Made by a program: the position numbers and the translations under genes. This document shows positions 56,684-63,888 of a DNA stretch of 64,000 bases, piece by piece. Position 1 is the first letter of the stretch. The number at the start of each line of letters is the position of its first letter. The notes below the pieces were generated by a model. It made no database searches and was not told the origin of the DNA. It worked only from the letters and a program-made list of their open reading frames with translations. This DNA comes from a virus (taxonomy: Duplodnaviria; Caudoviricetes): positions 25,718 to 89,717 of IMG/VR virus record IMGVR_UViG_3300025715_000017, one strand, 5' to 3'.

Positions 56684-56949
56684 TAAGAGTTTACGAAGTC
56701 ACACGTGAATATGGCGGCCCTGAAGAGGGCGGATGGTGGTACGATCATTACACATTATTAGAAGAAACGAGATGGGATTTCCTTTTCGAGAGACTATGCA
56801 AAAAGTATAAGGATCGCGGTGACGAGTGGGTCATATTTAGTGACCGTGCTTATAGTCGTGGCGGGGGCATTCTTGCTAAGTACCCTTATATTTTCATAAA
56901 TATTGGGGATGAAAACTGGGAAACTAAGGAGAAACCGCATTATGAATAA
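56680..56949 (+). CDS. Phage-type hypothetical protein
   Basis: YEVTREYGGPEEGGWWY motif. Confidence 0.7.
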   Translation: MIRVYEVTREYGGPEEGGWWYDHYTLLEETRWDFLFERLCKKYKDRGDEWVIFSDRAYSRGGGILAKYPYIFINIGDENWETKEKPHYE

Positions 56950-56975
56950 GTATATTCAAGAGTTGAAAGAAGAGC

Positions 56976-57004
56976 TTAACAAAAAGAAGATTTTGTGATA
57001 TAAT
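56976..57004 (+). promoter_or_regulatory. Sigma70-type cassette promoter
   Basis: TTAACA-N17-TATAAT, extended TG. Confidence 0.7.
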
Positions 57005-57081
57005 AGTATTAGAAAATTGAGAGAGCAAAGTTTGCTGAAGGCAGCAGGCAAAGCCTCTCAGAATATTCTGGAGGTAGCAGC

Positions 57082-57285
57082 ATGACAAGAAAAGATTACA
57101 AGGCATTCGCAGAACATTTGGGCATGGAAAGGAGGTTTATAAGCAGCCCAACAAGGAAAGAAGGCTTCGACCTAGCCGTGAAGGTCATGTGCGGTGTTTT
57201 CCAATCGGATAACGGGCGGTTTGACCGTGACCGTTTCCTACGGGAGTATGATAAATGCTCGAAAACTGGACTGGACGATCATTGA
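57082..57285 (+). CDS. Phage-type hypothetical protein
   Basis: MTRKDY...F..DN.RFDR.RF pattern; GGAGG RBS. Confidence 0.7.
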   Translation: MTRKDYKAFAEHLGMERRFISSPTRKEGFDLAVKVMCGVFQSDNGRFDRDRFLREYDKCSKTGLDDH

Positions 57286-57557
57286 TCTTCCATGACGGTT
57301 ACATATGGCTACCTGACGGGAATGTTGAAGTGCATGTAGAAAGAACGGATGTACTTGAGGGTTTTCGTGGTTTAAGTATCTTTGACGGCTTTCCCATAGC
57401 ATTATTGCCTATTGAAAGGAGAGGTGTGATGCTAGTTGTCAATGAGAATATTCCGTATGCACGAGATGATCTCGTATATCCGTGTTACAGTGATGGCAAG
57501 GTAGTAGGTTTCCAAAAGTATGAAAGTAAATATGTAGGAGTGCAACAGTATGGATAA
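57255..57557 (+). CDS. Hypothetical protein (start uncertain)
   Basis: ORF bridging two neighbours. Confidence 0.5.
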   Translation: MLENWTGRSLIFHDGYIWLPDGNVEVHVERTDVLEGFRGLSIFDGFPIALLPIERRGVMLVVNENIPYARDDLVYPCYSDGKVVGFQKYESKYVGVQQYG

Positions 57558-57783
57558 GGCACAAACGTTGGATAAGGCACAAACGTTGGATAAGGCAACT
57601 GCACAAAGAATGGCGTTAAACTTGTACGCTGAGTTGAAAACAAGCAAGCCTCGTGACCGTTATAAGAAGCATCTGCGCGAATTGTGCGCAAAGTACAAAC
57701 AAGTGTATATTGATGCCATGATACAAGAGCATGGTATTGATAAAGTCAGGGCAAAGTGCCCATCATTAGTCAGAAAATTCTGA
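57550..57783 (+). CDS. Small protein with an 18-bp tandem repeat at its N-terminus
   Basis: GGATAAGGCACAAACGTT x2.5 encoding DKAQTL repeats; AGGAG RBS. Confidence 0.55.
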   Translation: MDKAQTLDKAQTLDKATAQRMALNLYAELKTSKPRDRYKKHLRELCAKYKQVYIDAMIQEHGIDKVRAKCPSLVRKF

Positions 57784-57803
57784 GCAACCAAGGAGAATGA
57801 GAA

Positions 57804-58805
57804 ATGAACGTTAATGAAGTAATGAATGAAGATGTAGAAGTAGTAGAAGCAGGGATCGATGTGGATGTTGAGGAAAACCTGTCATACTATGAACTCGATG
57901 AGGTGGACTTTTCGGATCAATGGAACATCCGGCGTCCCGACAAGTATGAAGAGCGGGTCGATCGCAAAATGCAAGAATTGTTGACGGATTTGTATATCCG
58001 TACACCACTGGAAGTGGCGCAAGTATTGGATGCTGATGAAGTTTTGCGTGGTGTCAAAGGTTTCATCCGCCATCGGGCATTGTGCCGTATCCGAGATGAA
58101 AAGCCCGAAATTTATAGTGAGTATTTTGAGGGCAAAGTGCCGTACACATTGGTGCTTTGCACGGAAGAGCAGCGTGAACGGCTCATGTTGGATCATGGTT
58201 CGGAAGAACTTTTGGATGAGTACGAGCTACTCCTTGCCGTTCAGAAATTTCTGAAGCGTGGCTACACCCAAAAGAAGATCGCCGTGATCTTGTCGCCACT
58301 ATTTTACCAGTTGGCAGACATCAAAAGCAAACGGGAATACAATACCCGTATTCGCACGTTTCATGAGACGGGGCACTTCGAGAAAGCTTACGAGCTGGGT
58401 GAAATTCAGCTGGCGTACTGGCGTCGCCGGATTCAATATTACAAGCGAATCATCGAAGGTGGCCCGCTGTGTATTCAGGCATTCAAGGATTCCGTGGATG
58501 GCAAACGCCCACGTATCACGCAGAAACAGGCGGAGCAGATTCAGGAAGCAGTTGGCGATACCCTGAAAATGCAAGAGCTCATCGAAACCAAAGAATCGGA
58601 AAAGAACCCCGCCAGTCGTGGCATGGGCCGTGCAAAGCTGGTGCAATACCGGAAGATTTGCCATAGCACTTACATTCAGAAGATTCTGGATGTGATCCTC
58701 GGTGAGTTGGCGCAAGAAGCGCTGGAGCCGATTGAAGAGGAATTGATGAAGATTGAAGCGGCTCAGAAGGATGGAAACTTCTGGGAGAAATTGAACAATG
58801 TATAA
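57804..58805 (+). CDS. Divergent ParB-family protein
   Basis: WNIR...PLEV...VKGFIRHRAL, LLMLDH-like helix, HTH-like YTQKKIA; AAGGAG RBS. Confidence 0.6.
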   Translation: MNVNEVMNEDVEVVEAGIDVDVEENLSYYELDEVDFSDQWNIRRPDKYEERVDRKMQELLTDLYIRTPLEVAQVLDADEVLRGVKGFIRHRALCRIRDEKPEIYSEYFEGKVPYTLVLCTEEQRERLMLDHGSEELLDEYELLLAVQKFLKRGYTQKKIAVILSPLFYQLADIKSKREYNTRIRTFHETGHFEKAYELGEIQLAYWRRRIQYYKRIIEGGPLCIQAFKDSVDGKRPRITQKQAEQIQEAVGDTLKMQELIETKESEKNPASRGMGRAKLVQYRKICHSTYIQKILDVILGELAQEALEPIEEELMKIEAAQKDGNFWEKLNNV

Positions 58806-59043
58806 CTCCCTACTATTGTGCCCTCATGATCTATTGTTGGGTACGCGGGAGATTAATGGCAATCTTTGCGAAATATCGAAAGGTAAAATCACATGCGCTT
58901 CTGTTCGCATACAGAAAGCATGGGCGCGAAGACTATCTGTTCAATATGGCGTATGCCAATACGAATGGTCAAACGACAAAGCCAGCGGTTCCGTGATCTA
59001 TGAAAACGGGAAAAAGACCGCAGAGATGTTCAAAGCTGCCTGA
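58798..59043 (+). CDS. Hypothetical protein
   Basis: Overlaps the upstream stop; followed by a hairpin. Confidence 0.5.
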   Translation: MYNSLLLCPHDLLLGTREINGNLCEISKGKITCASVRIQKAWARRLSVQYGVCQYEWSNDKASGSVIYENGKKTAEMFKAA

Positions 59044-59048
59044 ACCAA

Positions 59049-59078
59049 GTAGCGGGGTGATTCATGTCACCCCGCTAC
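59049..59078 (+). terminator. GC-rich hairpin
   Basis: GTAGCGGGGTGA-TTCATG-TCACCCCGCTAC, 12-bp stem; no clear T tract. Confidence 0.5.
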
Positions 59079-59136
59079 CACCCTTCTGAAATTAGAGTAC
59101 CATACACCTCAGAAAATTCTGATAGGAGAATGAATC

Positions 59137-59634
59137 ATGAATTGGAATGAAGCTCGCGAATTGGATGTATTACCAGAAGAATGGCTAAACTTGAGCGAGG
59201 CGGACCTCTGCGGGGCCGATCTGAGCGGAGCGGACTTGCGCGAGGCCAACTTGAGCGGGGCCAACTTGTACGAGGCCGACTTGCGCGAGGCCGACCTGAA
59301 CGGGGCCGACTTGCGTGGGGCCGACTTGTACGGGGCCAACTTGCATGGGGCCGACTTGTACGGGGCCAACTTGCGTGGGGCCAACTTGAGTAAGGCCAAC
59401 TTGCATGGGGCCGACTTGCGAGGGGCCGACTTGCGCGGGGCGAATCTCGACTTTTCAAATTGGTCACTCTGGTGCGGCTCGCTGAACGTAAAGGTAGACA
59501 AAAAACTAACGGCACAGCTGGCGTATCATTTTTGTACGCTGGACTGTGATGATCCTGAATATCTAGCCGCACGGAATGCTGTCATAGGTTTTGCAAACCA
59601 AATGCACCGAAACGACGTGCCGCGTTTACAATAA
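59137..59634 (+). CDS. Pentapeptide-repeat protein
   Basis: A(D/N)LxG repeats, then the common phage tail LDFS.W.LWCGS....D..L.AQL.YH. Confidence 0.9.
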   Translation: MNWNEARELDVLPEEWLNLSEADLCGADLSGADLREANLSGANLYEADLREADLNGADLRGADLYGANLHGADLYGANLRGANLSKANLHGADLRGADLRGANLDFSNWSLWCGSLNVKVDKKLTAQLAYHFCTLDCDDPEYLAARNAVIGFANQMHRNDVPRLQ

Positions 59635-59685
59635 GAGTGGAACGTCTCAGAAAATTCTGATAGGCTAAAACAAGGAGAATGAATC

Positions 59686-59799
59686 ATGAAAAAATATTAT
59701 TATGAAAAATATATAAAGATTAATTGGCCAGAATATTCTGAAAGTAAAATGCAGAAACTTCACACTTGGGCATATGGGGTTTATTGCATTGGCTCTTGA
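59686..59799 (+). CDS. Small hypothetical protein (37 aa; not in the ORF track)
   Basis: AAGGAGAATGAATC-ATG context identical to its neighbours; stop lies in TTGACT. Confidence 0.5.
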   Translation: MKKYYYEKYIKINWPEYSESKMQKLHTWAYGVYCIGS

Positions 59800-59817
59800 C
59801 TTTTGACGTCTTATAAT
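59789..59817 (+). promoter_or_regulatory. Cassette promoter, short-spacer variant
   Basis: TATAAT at 59812; TTGACT only 10 nt upstream, TTGGCT at 17 nt. Confidence 0.6.
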
Positions 59818-59899
59818 AGTATTAGAAAATTGAGAGAGAGAGCAAAGCAACGGGCAGAGCCTCTCAGAATATTCTGGCCCAAAACAAGGAGAATGAATC

Positions 59900-60217
59900 A
59901 TGTACAATCTTGCGAAAAAATTAATGCTCATGGATGAGGGATGGAAAGCCCTTGAAGACCATTTACGACGGGATTATTATTTCCGTTATGAAAAGCATGT
60001 ATATGCACTCACAATACGTGTCACACCCATGTATAAGGAACTAATTCTTACGAGAACATATTGTTATATTAGTGGTGACACACTCACAGAAGAAATGTGT
60101 AACGCCATTTTGGGTGATGATGATGGGTGGCTATTATGCTATGGGCAGGGCCTGTCTTTTGATCCTGCGAAAATTGAGCCTATATCCGAAAGAGAGTATT
60201 GGAGTTTTGTGATATAG
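59900..60217 (+). CDS. Hypothetical protein
   Basis: Cassette RBS AAGGAG. Confidence 0.65.
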   Translation: MYNLAKKLMLMDEGWKALEDHLRRDYYFRYEKHVYALTIRVTPMYKELILTRTYCYISGDTLTEEMCNAILGDDDGWLLCYGQGLSFDPAKIEPISEREYWSFVI

Positions 60218-60308
60218 TATTAGTATAGAAAGTGAGACGAAATCATCGGTAAAGACTGATGGGAAACGTCTCAGAATATTCTGGCCCGATGGGCCGAAAG
60301 GAGAATGT

Positions 60309-60818
60309 ATGAGCCATTTCGCAGTGTTGGTTTTCGTAAGACCGGAGAATCAGAGATTTCTAGGGTCTACCGTTGAAAATGTACTAGGACGGTATGACGA
60401 GAATTTAGAAACGGAACAAGTTTGTGACTGTGTTGCTCTGTGTGAGCTAGATCATTGTGTTAAACCTGATCCAGAATGTCTATACTGCCAAGGTACAGGA
60501 GTTAGCCATTTCAATCCCGATGGCAAATGGGACTGGTGGCGTATAGGTGGTAGGTATGATGGCTGGATCACCGATACAGAAGTTTCTGGAGATGGATTCA
60601 ACTTCTCACATGAACATGAGTCTTTGAAGTTAAACTCCCGCCCTGTGGCGGAATTACTCGATAAAATACCATGTGCCATCGTCACACCTGATGGTGAGTG
60701 GTATGAGAATCCTGATCCTTGGGGCGATGATTCAACTGGTGAATGGGATGATGAAGTACATGCTCTTTATAAACAATATCAGGATTGCATTGCAGTTTGT
60801 GTGGACTGCCATGTCTAG
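60309..60818 (+). CDS. Phage-type hypothetical protein with Zn-finger insert
   Basis: MSHF.VLV...YDEN...NP.GKWDWW.IGGR..AIVTPDGEW. Confidence 0.7.
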   Translation: MSHFAVLVFVRPENQRFLGSTVENVLGRYDENLETEQVCDCVALCELDHCVKPDPECLYCQGTGVSHFNPDGKWDWWRIGGRYDGWITDTEVSGDGFNFSHEHESLKLNSRPVAELLDKIPCAIVTPDGEWYENPDPWGDDSTGEWDDEVHALYKQYQDCIAVCVDCHV

Positions 60819-60926
60819 AAAATTCTGAACCAGTTGGCTTGATGAGTGGGTCGCCAATGGGTGACTCACTTCAGAAAATTCTGATTCAAAGGCATAAAGG
60901 TGCAATGCACCAAGGAAAACTGAAAC

Positions 60927-61682
60927 ATGAGAACGAAAGTGCAGACACGAAAAAATGGTGAACGGTATTGTGCATACATCGGACTTCCGCCCGAACATCC
61001 GTTGCACGGAAAATATCCCGATAGGGATGCTTTCCCTGACATAGTGGATTGGACGTATGCTGGATTAGGCTTAGCAGGGAATCAGCCCACAGGCTATTGG
61101 TGGATAGGTTGGGATTCACCTGATCCTATTGATCCTGAACCAGTTGAGTTGGTGATTGATAATCTCTTGTATACCGAATTGGTTACATTACGACGGTGGA
61201 TTGCGGAGCAACGCGATTTCGCGTATGACTACGCCATGTATGAACCGTACTTGGACTGGTTTCTCGTGACGGGGCGTCATCGAGATTCGGAAATACTGGA
61301 TCGGGCAAATTGGGACGCCATCTTGAATCAGTTAGGCGGAGAAGGCGAGCATTGTGCTATCTTTCGACATGGGCATTGGGCAGTGGGCTGGTCGGAGGTC
61401 ATGGTTTCTGACTTAGGCGGAGAGGTTCAGAAAATTCTGGACTCACTTGCTGATTATCCCGTGTTGGATGATGAACTGTATTCCGAGATGGAAAGTGATG
61501 AAGCCTATTCGGGATGGCTGGACTATGGCGCAGATGACTGGCTGCGCGATACCGATTTTGATTCGGAAGGACTGCGGGATGACTGGAAAGATGTCGTGTG
61601 GGGATATGCGCGATATGAGTGTACGGGATCAGGTTTCAACTATGACGTGGATGACTTTGATCCCGCATTACTTTACACTTGA
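60927..61682 (+). CDS. Hypothetical protein, apparent fusion of two phage modules
   Basis: CAYIGLP.EHPLHG module plus HRDS.IL.R.NW...HWAVGW...L.DYPVLDD module. Confidence 0.65.
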   Translation: MRTKVQTRKNGERYCAYIGLPPEHPLHGKYPDRDAFPDIVDWTYAGLGLAGNQPTGYWWIGWDSPDPIDPEPVELVIDNLLYTELVTLRRWIAEQRDFAYDYAMYEPYLDWFLVTGRHRDSEILDRANWDAILNQLGGEGEHCAIFRHGHWAVGWSEVMVSDLGGEVQKILDSLADYPVLDDELYSEMESDEAYSGWLDYGADDWLRDTDFDSEGLRDDWKDVVWGYARYECTGSGFNYDVDDFDPALLYT

Positions 61683-61700
61683 CTTTTGACGTCTTATAAT
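61672..61700 (+). promoter_or_regulatory. Cassette promoter, short-spacer variant
   Basis: TTTACA-N17-TATAAT, with the TTGACT box only 10 nt from the -10. Confidence 0.7.
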
Positions 61701-61791
61701 ATTAGTATAGAAAGTGAGACGAACACTGTGATACAGCGTCATGGGAAACGTCTCAGAATATTCTGGCCCGATGGGCCGAAAAGGAGAATGT

Positions 61792-61995
61792 ATGAAGATT
61801 CATGAAAGTATTACAATGGAACGTCTGGAAGATGCCATTCGGCGTGAAGCTGAATGGTGCGAAAATCCAGGATTTTGTATTGCTTGTGGCGCGGACGCAG
61901 ATGGCTGTGAACCTGATGCAGAACGCTATGAGTGTGAGGAATGCGGTAAACATGCGGTCTATGGGCTCATGTACATTGCCATGATGATGATGTAG
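61792..61995 (+). CDS. Small Zn-binding phage-type protein
   Basis: GFCIACG...GCEPDA.RYECEECG..AVYG. Confidence 0.75.
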   Translation: MKIHESITMERLEDAIRREAEWCENPGFCIACGADADGCEPDAERYECEECGKHAVYGLMYIAMMMM

Positions 61996-62000
61996 TTTCC

Positions 62001-62030
62001 AAGCCCGCTGTCCTTCGGGATGGCGGGCTT
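62001..62030 (+). terminator. UUCG-tetraloop intrinsic terminator overlapping the next -35 box
   Basis: AAGCCCGCTGTCC-TTCG-GGATGGCGGGCTT with two G.U pairs. Confidence 0.75.
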
Positions 62031-62057
62031 GACTTTTGACGTGTTTTATGATATAAT
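62029..62057 (+). promoter_or_regulatory. Sigma70-type cassette promoter
   Basis: TTGACT-N17-TATAAT, extended TG. Confidence 0.85.
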
Positions 62058-62150
62058 ATAAGTATAATTGAGAGAGCAAAACTTGCTGATAGGCAGCAGG
62101 CGGAGCCTCAGAATATTCTGGCCCATCGGGCCAAACAAGGAGAATGTAGA

Positions 62151-62492
62151 ATGACGAAAATGTGTTTGGCAAGCTCTAGCCTTACTGAGCAGAAACCGGT
62201 GCATGTGACGGTATATACATGCGGTCACGCGACAGTCAATCACTTTGTATATGATTGTCGAGTGATTGAATCCGACAATCGGTGCGTGCAGTGTGATGCC
62301 GCACCGTGGTTGGATCTGGCGAAATGGCTTGCTCCCCATGCATTAGGCATGGAAGGCGAGTGGGAACTCGCACCTGGTGTGCGCTTGGTGGCCTTTGTAA
62401 ATTACCATGATGGCCAAGTCTTTGAAGTTAGCCATGACGTTTTGCTGGACGTGCCAGCGGGGCGTATGCGACTTGATTATCGTCGTTTTTGA
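62151..62492 (+). CDS. Hypothetical protein
   Basis: Cassette RBS AAGGAG. Confidence 0.65.
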   Translation: MTKMCLASSSLTEQKPVHVTVYTCGHATVNHFVYDCRVIESDNRCVQCDAAPWLDLAKWLAPHALGMEGEWELAPGVRLVAFVNYHDGQVFEVSHDVLLDVPAGRMRLDYRRF

Positions 62493-62502
62493 TTCTTTTT
62501 TC

Positions 62503-62532
62503 AAGCCCGCTGTCCTTCGGGATGGCGGGCTT
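62503..62532 (+). terminator. UUCG-tetraloop hairpin, identical to 62001-62030
   Basis: Exact repeat. Confidence 0.7.
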
Positions 62533-62628
62533 GACGTCTTATAATAGTATTAGAAAATTGAGAGAGCAAAGCAGCAGGCAAAGCCCCTCAGAATATTCTG
62601 GCCCGATGGGCCAAAAGGAGAATGAATC

Positions 62629-63204
62629 ATGATTAGAATACGTATTGAAGCTTACCTTACATCTTATAAGTGGGTGATGTGGGTAAGTGCGACCCACCCA
62701 CTGTATGGTCTTCAGGCTATGGACTTGGTGCTTAATGATTGGCTGCGGACAGTCATTGGACATACAGGTATGCTTAAAGACCTGTCTCCATTATATGGTG
62801 GAGAAATGGATCAGGGGTGGTGGCGATTTGAAACCGCCAATACTACGCCGGAGGAGGCACGGAAAATAGGGAATTGGTTACAGGGCATGGAAAATAATCC
62901 CGTGATTGATATGCACGTATACGAGAAGATGTGCGTGTTCTTGGATGCTCTTTGGAATGATCCCAAAGGATACCCATTTGTTGATGGGATTATCACTGCT
63001 GAATTCTGCGGGGATGATCCTAACATATACAAGATTGTTCTGGATACAAGGGAAGTTGCTCCCCTGTGTCAGATTTTTCTGAGATTACTTGACCCTGATG
63101 ATTCAGATTTCGTGAAGATCTGGGAAGCAGATCGAATTGATGGTGTGTGGACGCCTTGGTGGGGCAATCTCACGCCGTACCCCGATATCCTTCGGGGCAT
63201 CTAA
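62629..63204 (+). CDS. Hypothetical protein
   Basis: Cassette RBS AAGGAG. Confidence 0.65.
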   Translation: MIRIRIEAYLTSYKWVMWVSATHPLYGLQAMDLVLNDWLRTVIGHTGMLKDLSPLYGGEMDQGWWRFETANTTPEEARKIGNWLQGMENNPVIDMHVYEKMCVFLDALWNDPKGYPFVDGIITAEFCGDDPNIYKIVLDTREVAPLCQIFLRLLDPDDSDFVKIWEADRIDGVWTPWWGNLTPYPDILRGI

Positions 63205-63210
63205 TATTCT

Positions 63211-63266
63211 AGCCCGCTATCCTTCGGGATGGTGGACTTGACTTTTGACGTGTTTTATGATATAAT
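63211..63266 (+). promoter_or_regulatory. Variant UUCG hairpin (63211-63238) fused to a sigma70 promoter (63238-63266)
   Basis: AGCCCGCTATCC-TTCG-GGATGGTGGACT then TTGACT-N17-TATAAT. Confidence 0.8.
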
Positions 63267-63346
63267 ATTAGTATAGAAAGTGAGACGAACACTGTGATAC
63301 AGCGTCATGGTGAACGTCTCAGAAAATTCCAATAGGAGAGTGTAGA

Positions 63347-63685
63347 ATGAACAAGTTCGAAAGGTTGGTTGGAGAGATGATAGAAGAAGATATGAATACT
63401 GATTCTCTTCTTGAAGAATTGCGCGTACGTGGTTACGATGCGCGTTTAGTCGGGCGTAGGGTCGTTGGATCTACCGAGAATCGCTTTTCGGCGGTTCCAC
63501 ATGGCATGGATGATCCAGGCATATTTGACATGCCTGTATACGAGGTGGTAATCGCATTTTATTGCGGCCCCATATTAGTAGAATCTGTACGCCTTCGTGA
63601 AGAAACGTACTGGTTCGGGGGATACCACAGCGGATGGGAACGCTGTAATTTGTCATTGTGGCGGCCAAAACCGATATTAAGTTGA
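63347..63685 (+). CDS. Hypothetical protein
   Basis: AGGAG RBS; last cassette ORF. Confidence 0.6.
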   Translation: MNKFERLVGEMIEEDMNTDSLLEELRVRGYDARLVGRRVVGSTENRFSAVPHGMDDPGIFDMPVYEVVIAFYCGPILVESVRLREETYWFGGYHSGWERCNLSLWRPKPILS

Positions 63686-63690
63686 CTTTT

Positions 63691-63725
63691 GCCCGCTGTC
63701 CTTCGGGATGGCGGGCTATTTTTTT
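63691..63725 (+). terminator. UUCG-tetraloop intrinsic terminator
   Basis: GCCCGCTGTCC-TTCG-GGATGGCGGGC followed by TATTTTTTT. Confidence 0.85.
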
Positions 63726-63856
63726 GCCAACCAGATATGAAAGTGATTCATGTGAACGACTTGTCATGATTTGTGAATTTGGGGTAGGATCCTGCCAACC
63801 AGATATGAAAGTGATTCATGTGAACGACTTGTCATGATTTGTGAATTTGGGGTAGG
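63725..63856. repeat. Exact 64-bp direct repeat x2 separated by 4 nt
   Basis: 63725-63788 = 63793-63856. Confidence 0.9.
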
Positions 63857-63888
63857 GGGCCGGGTCAGAATATTCTGACGCCTGGCGT

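Noticed and set aside
57550-57596. 18-bp tandem repeat as a regulatory or phase-variation element
   Set aside because: In-frame (6 aa) at an N-terminus; simple slippage explains it, and copy-number change would not shift the frame.
59109-59572. Long antisense and alternative-frame ORFs over the pentapeptide gene
   Set aside because: Shadows of the 15-bp periodic repeat; no RBS or independent features.
55000-63725. Integron (attC cassette array)
   Set aside because: No integron integrase and no attC R/L box structure; each unit has its own promoter, unlike classic cassettes.
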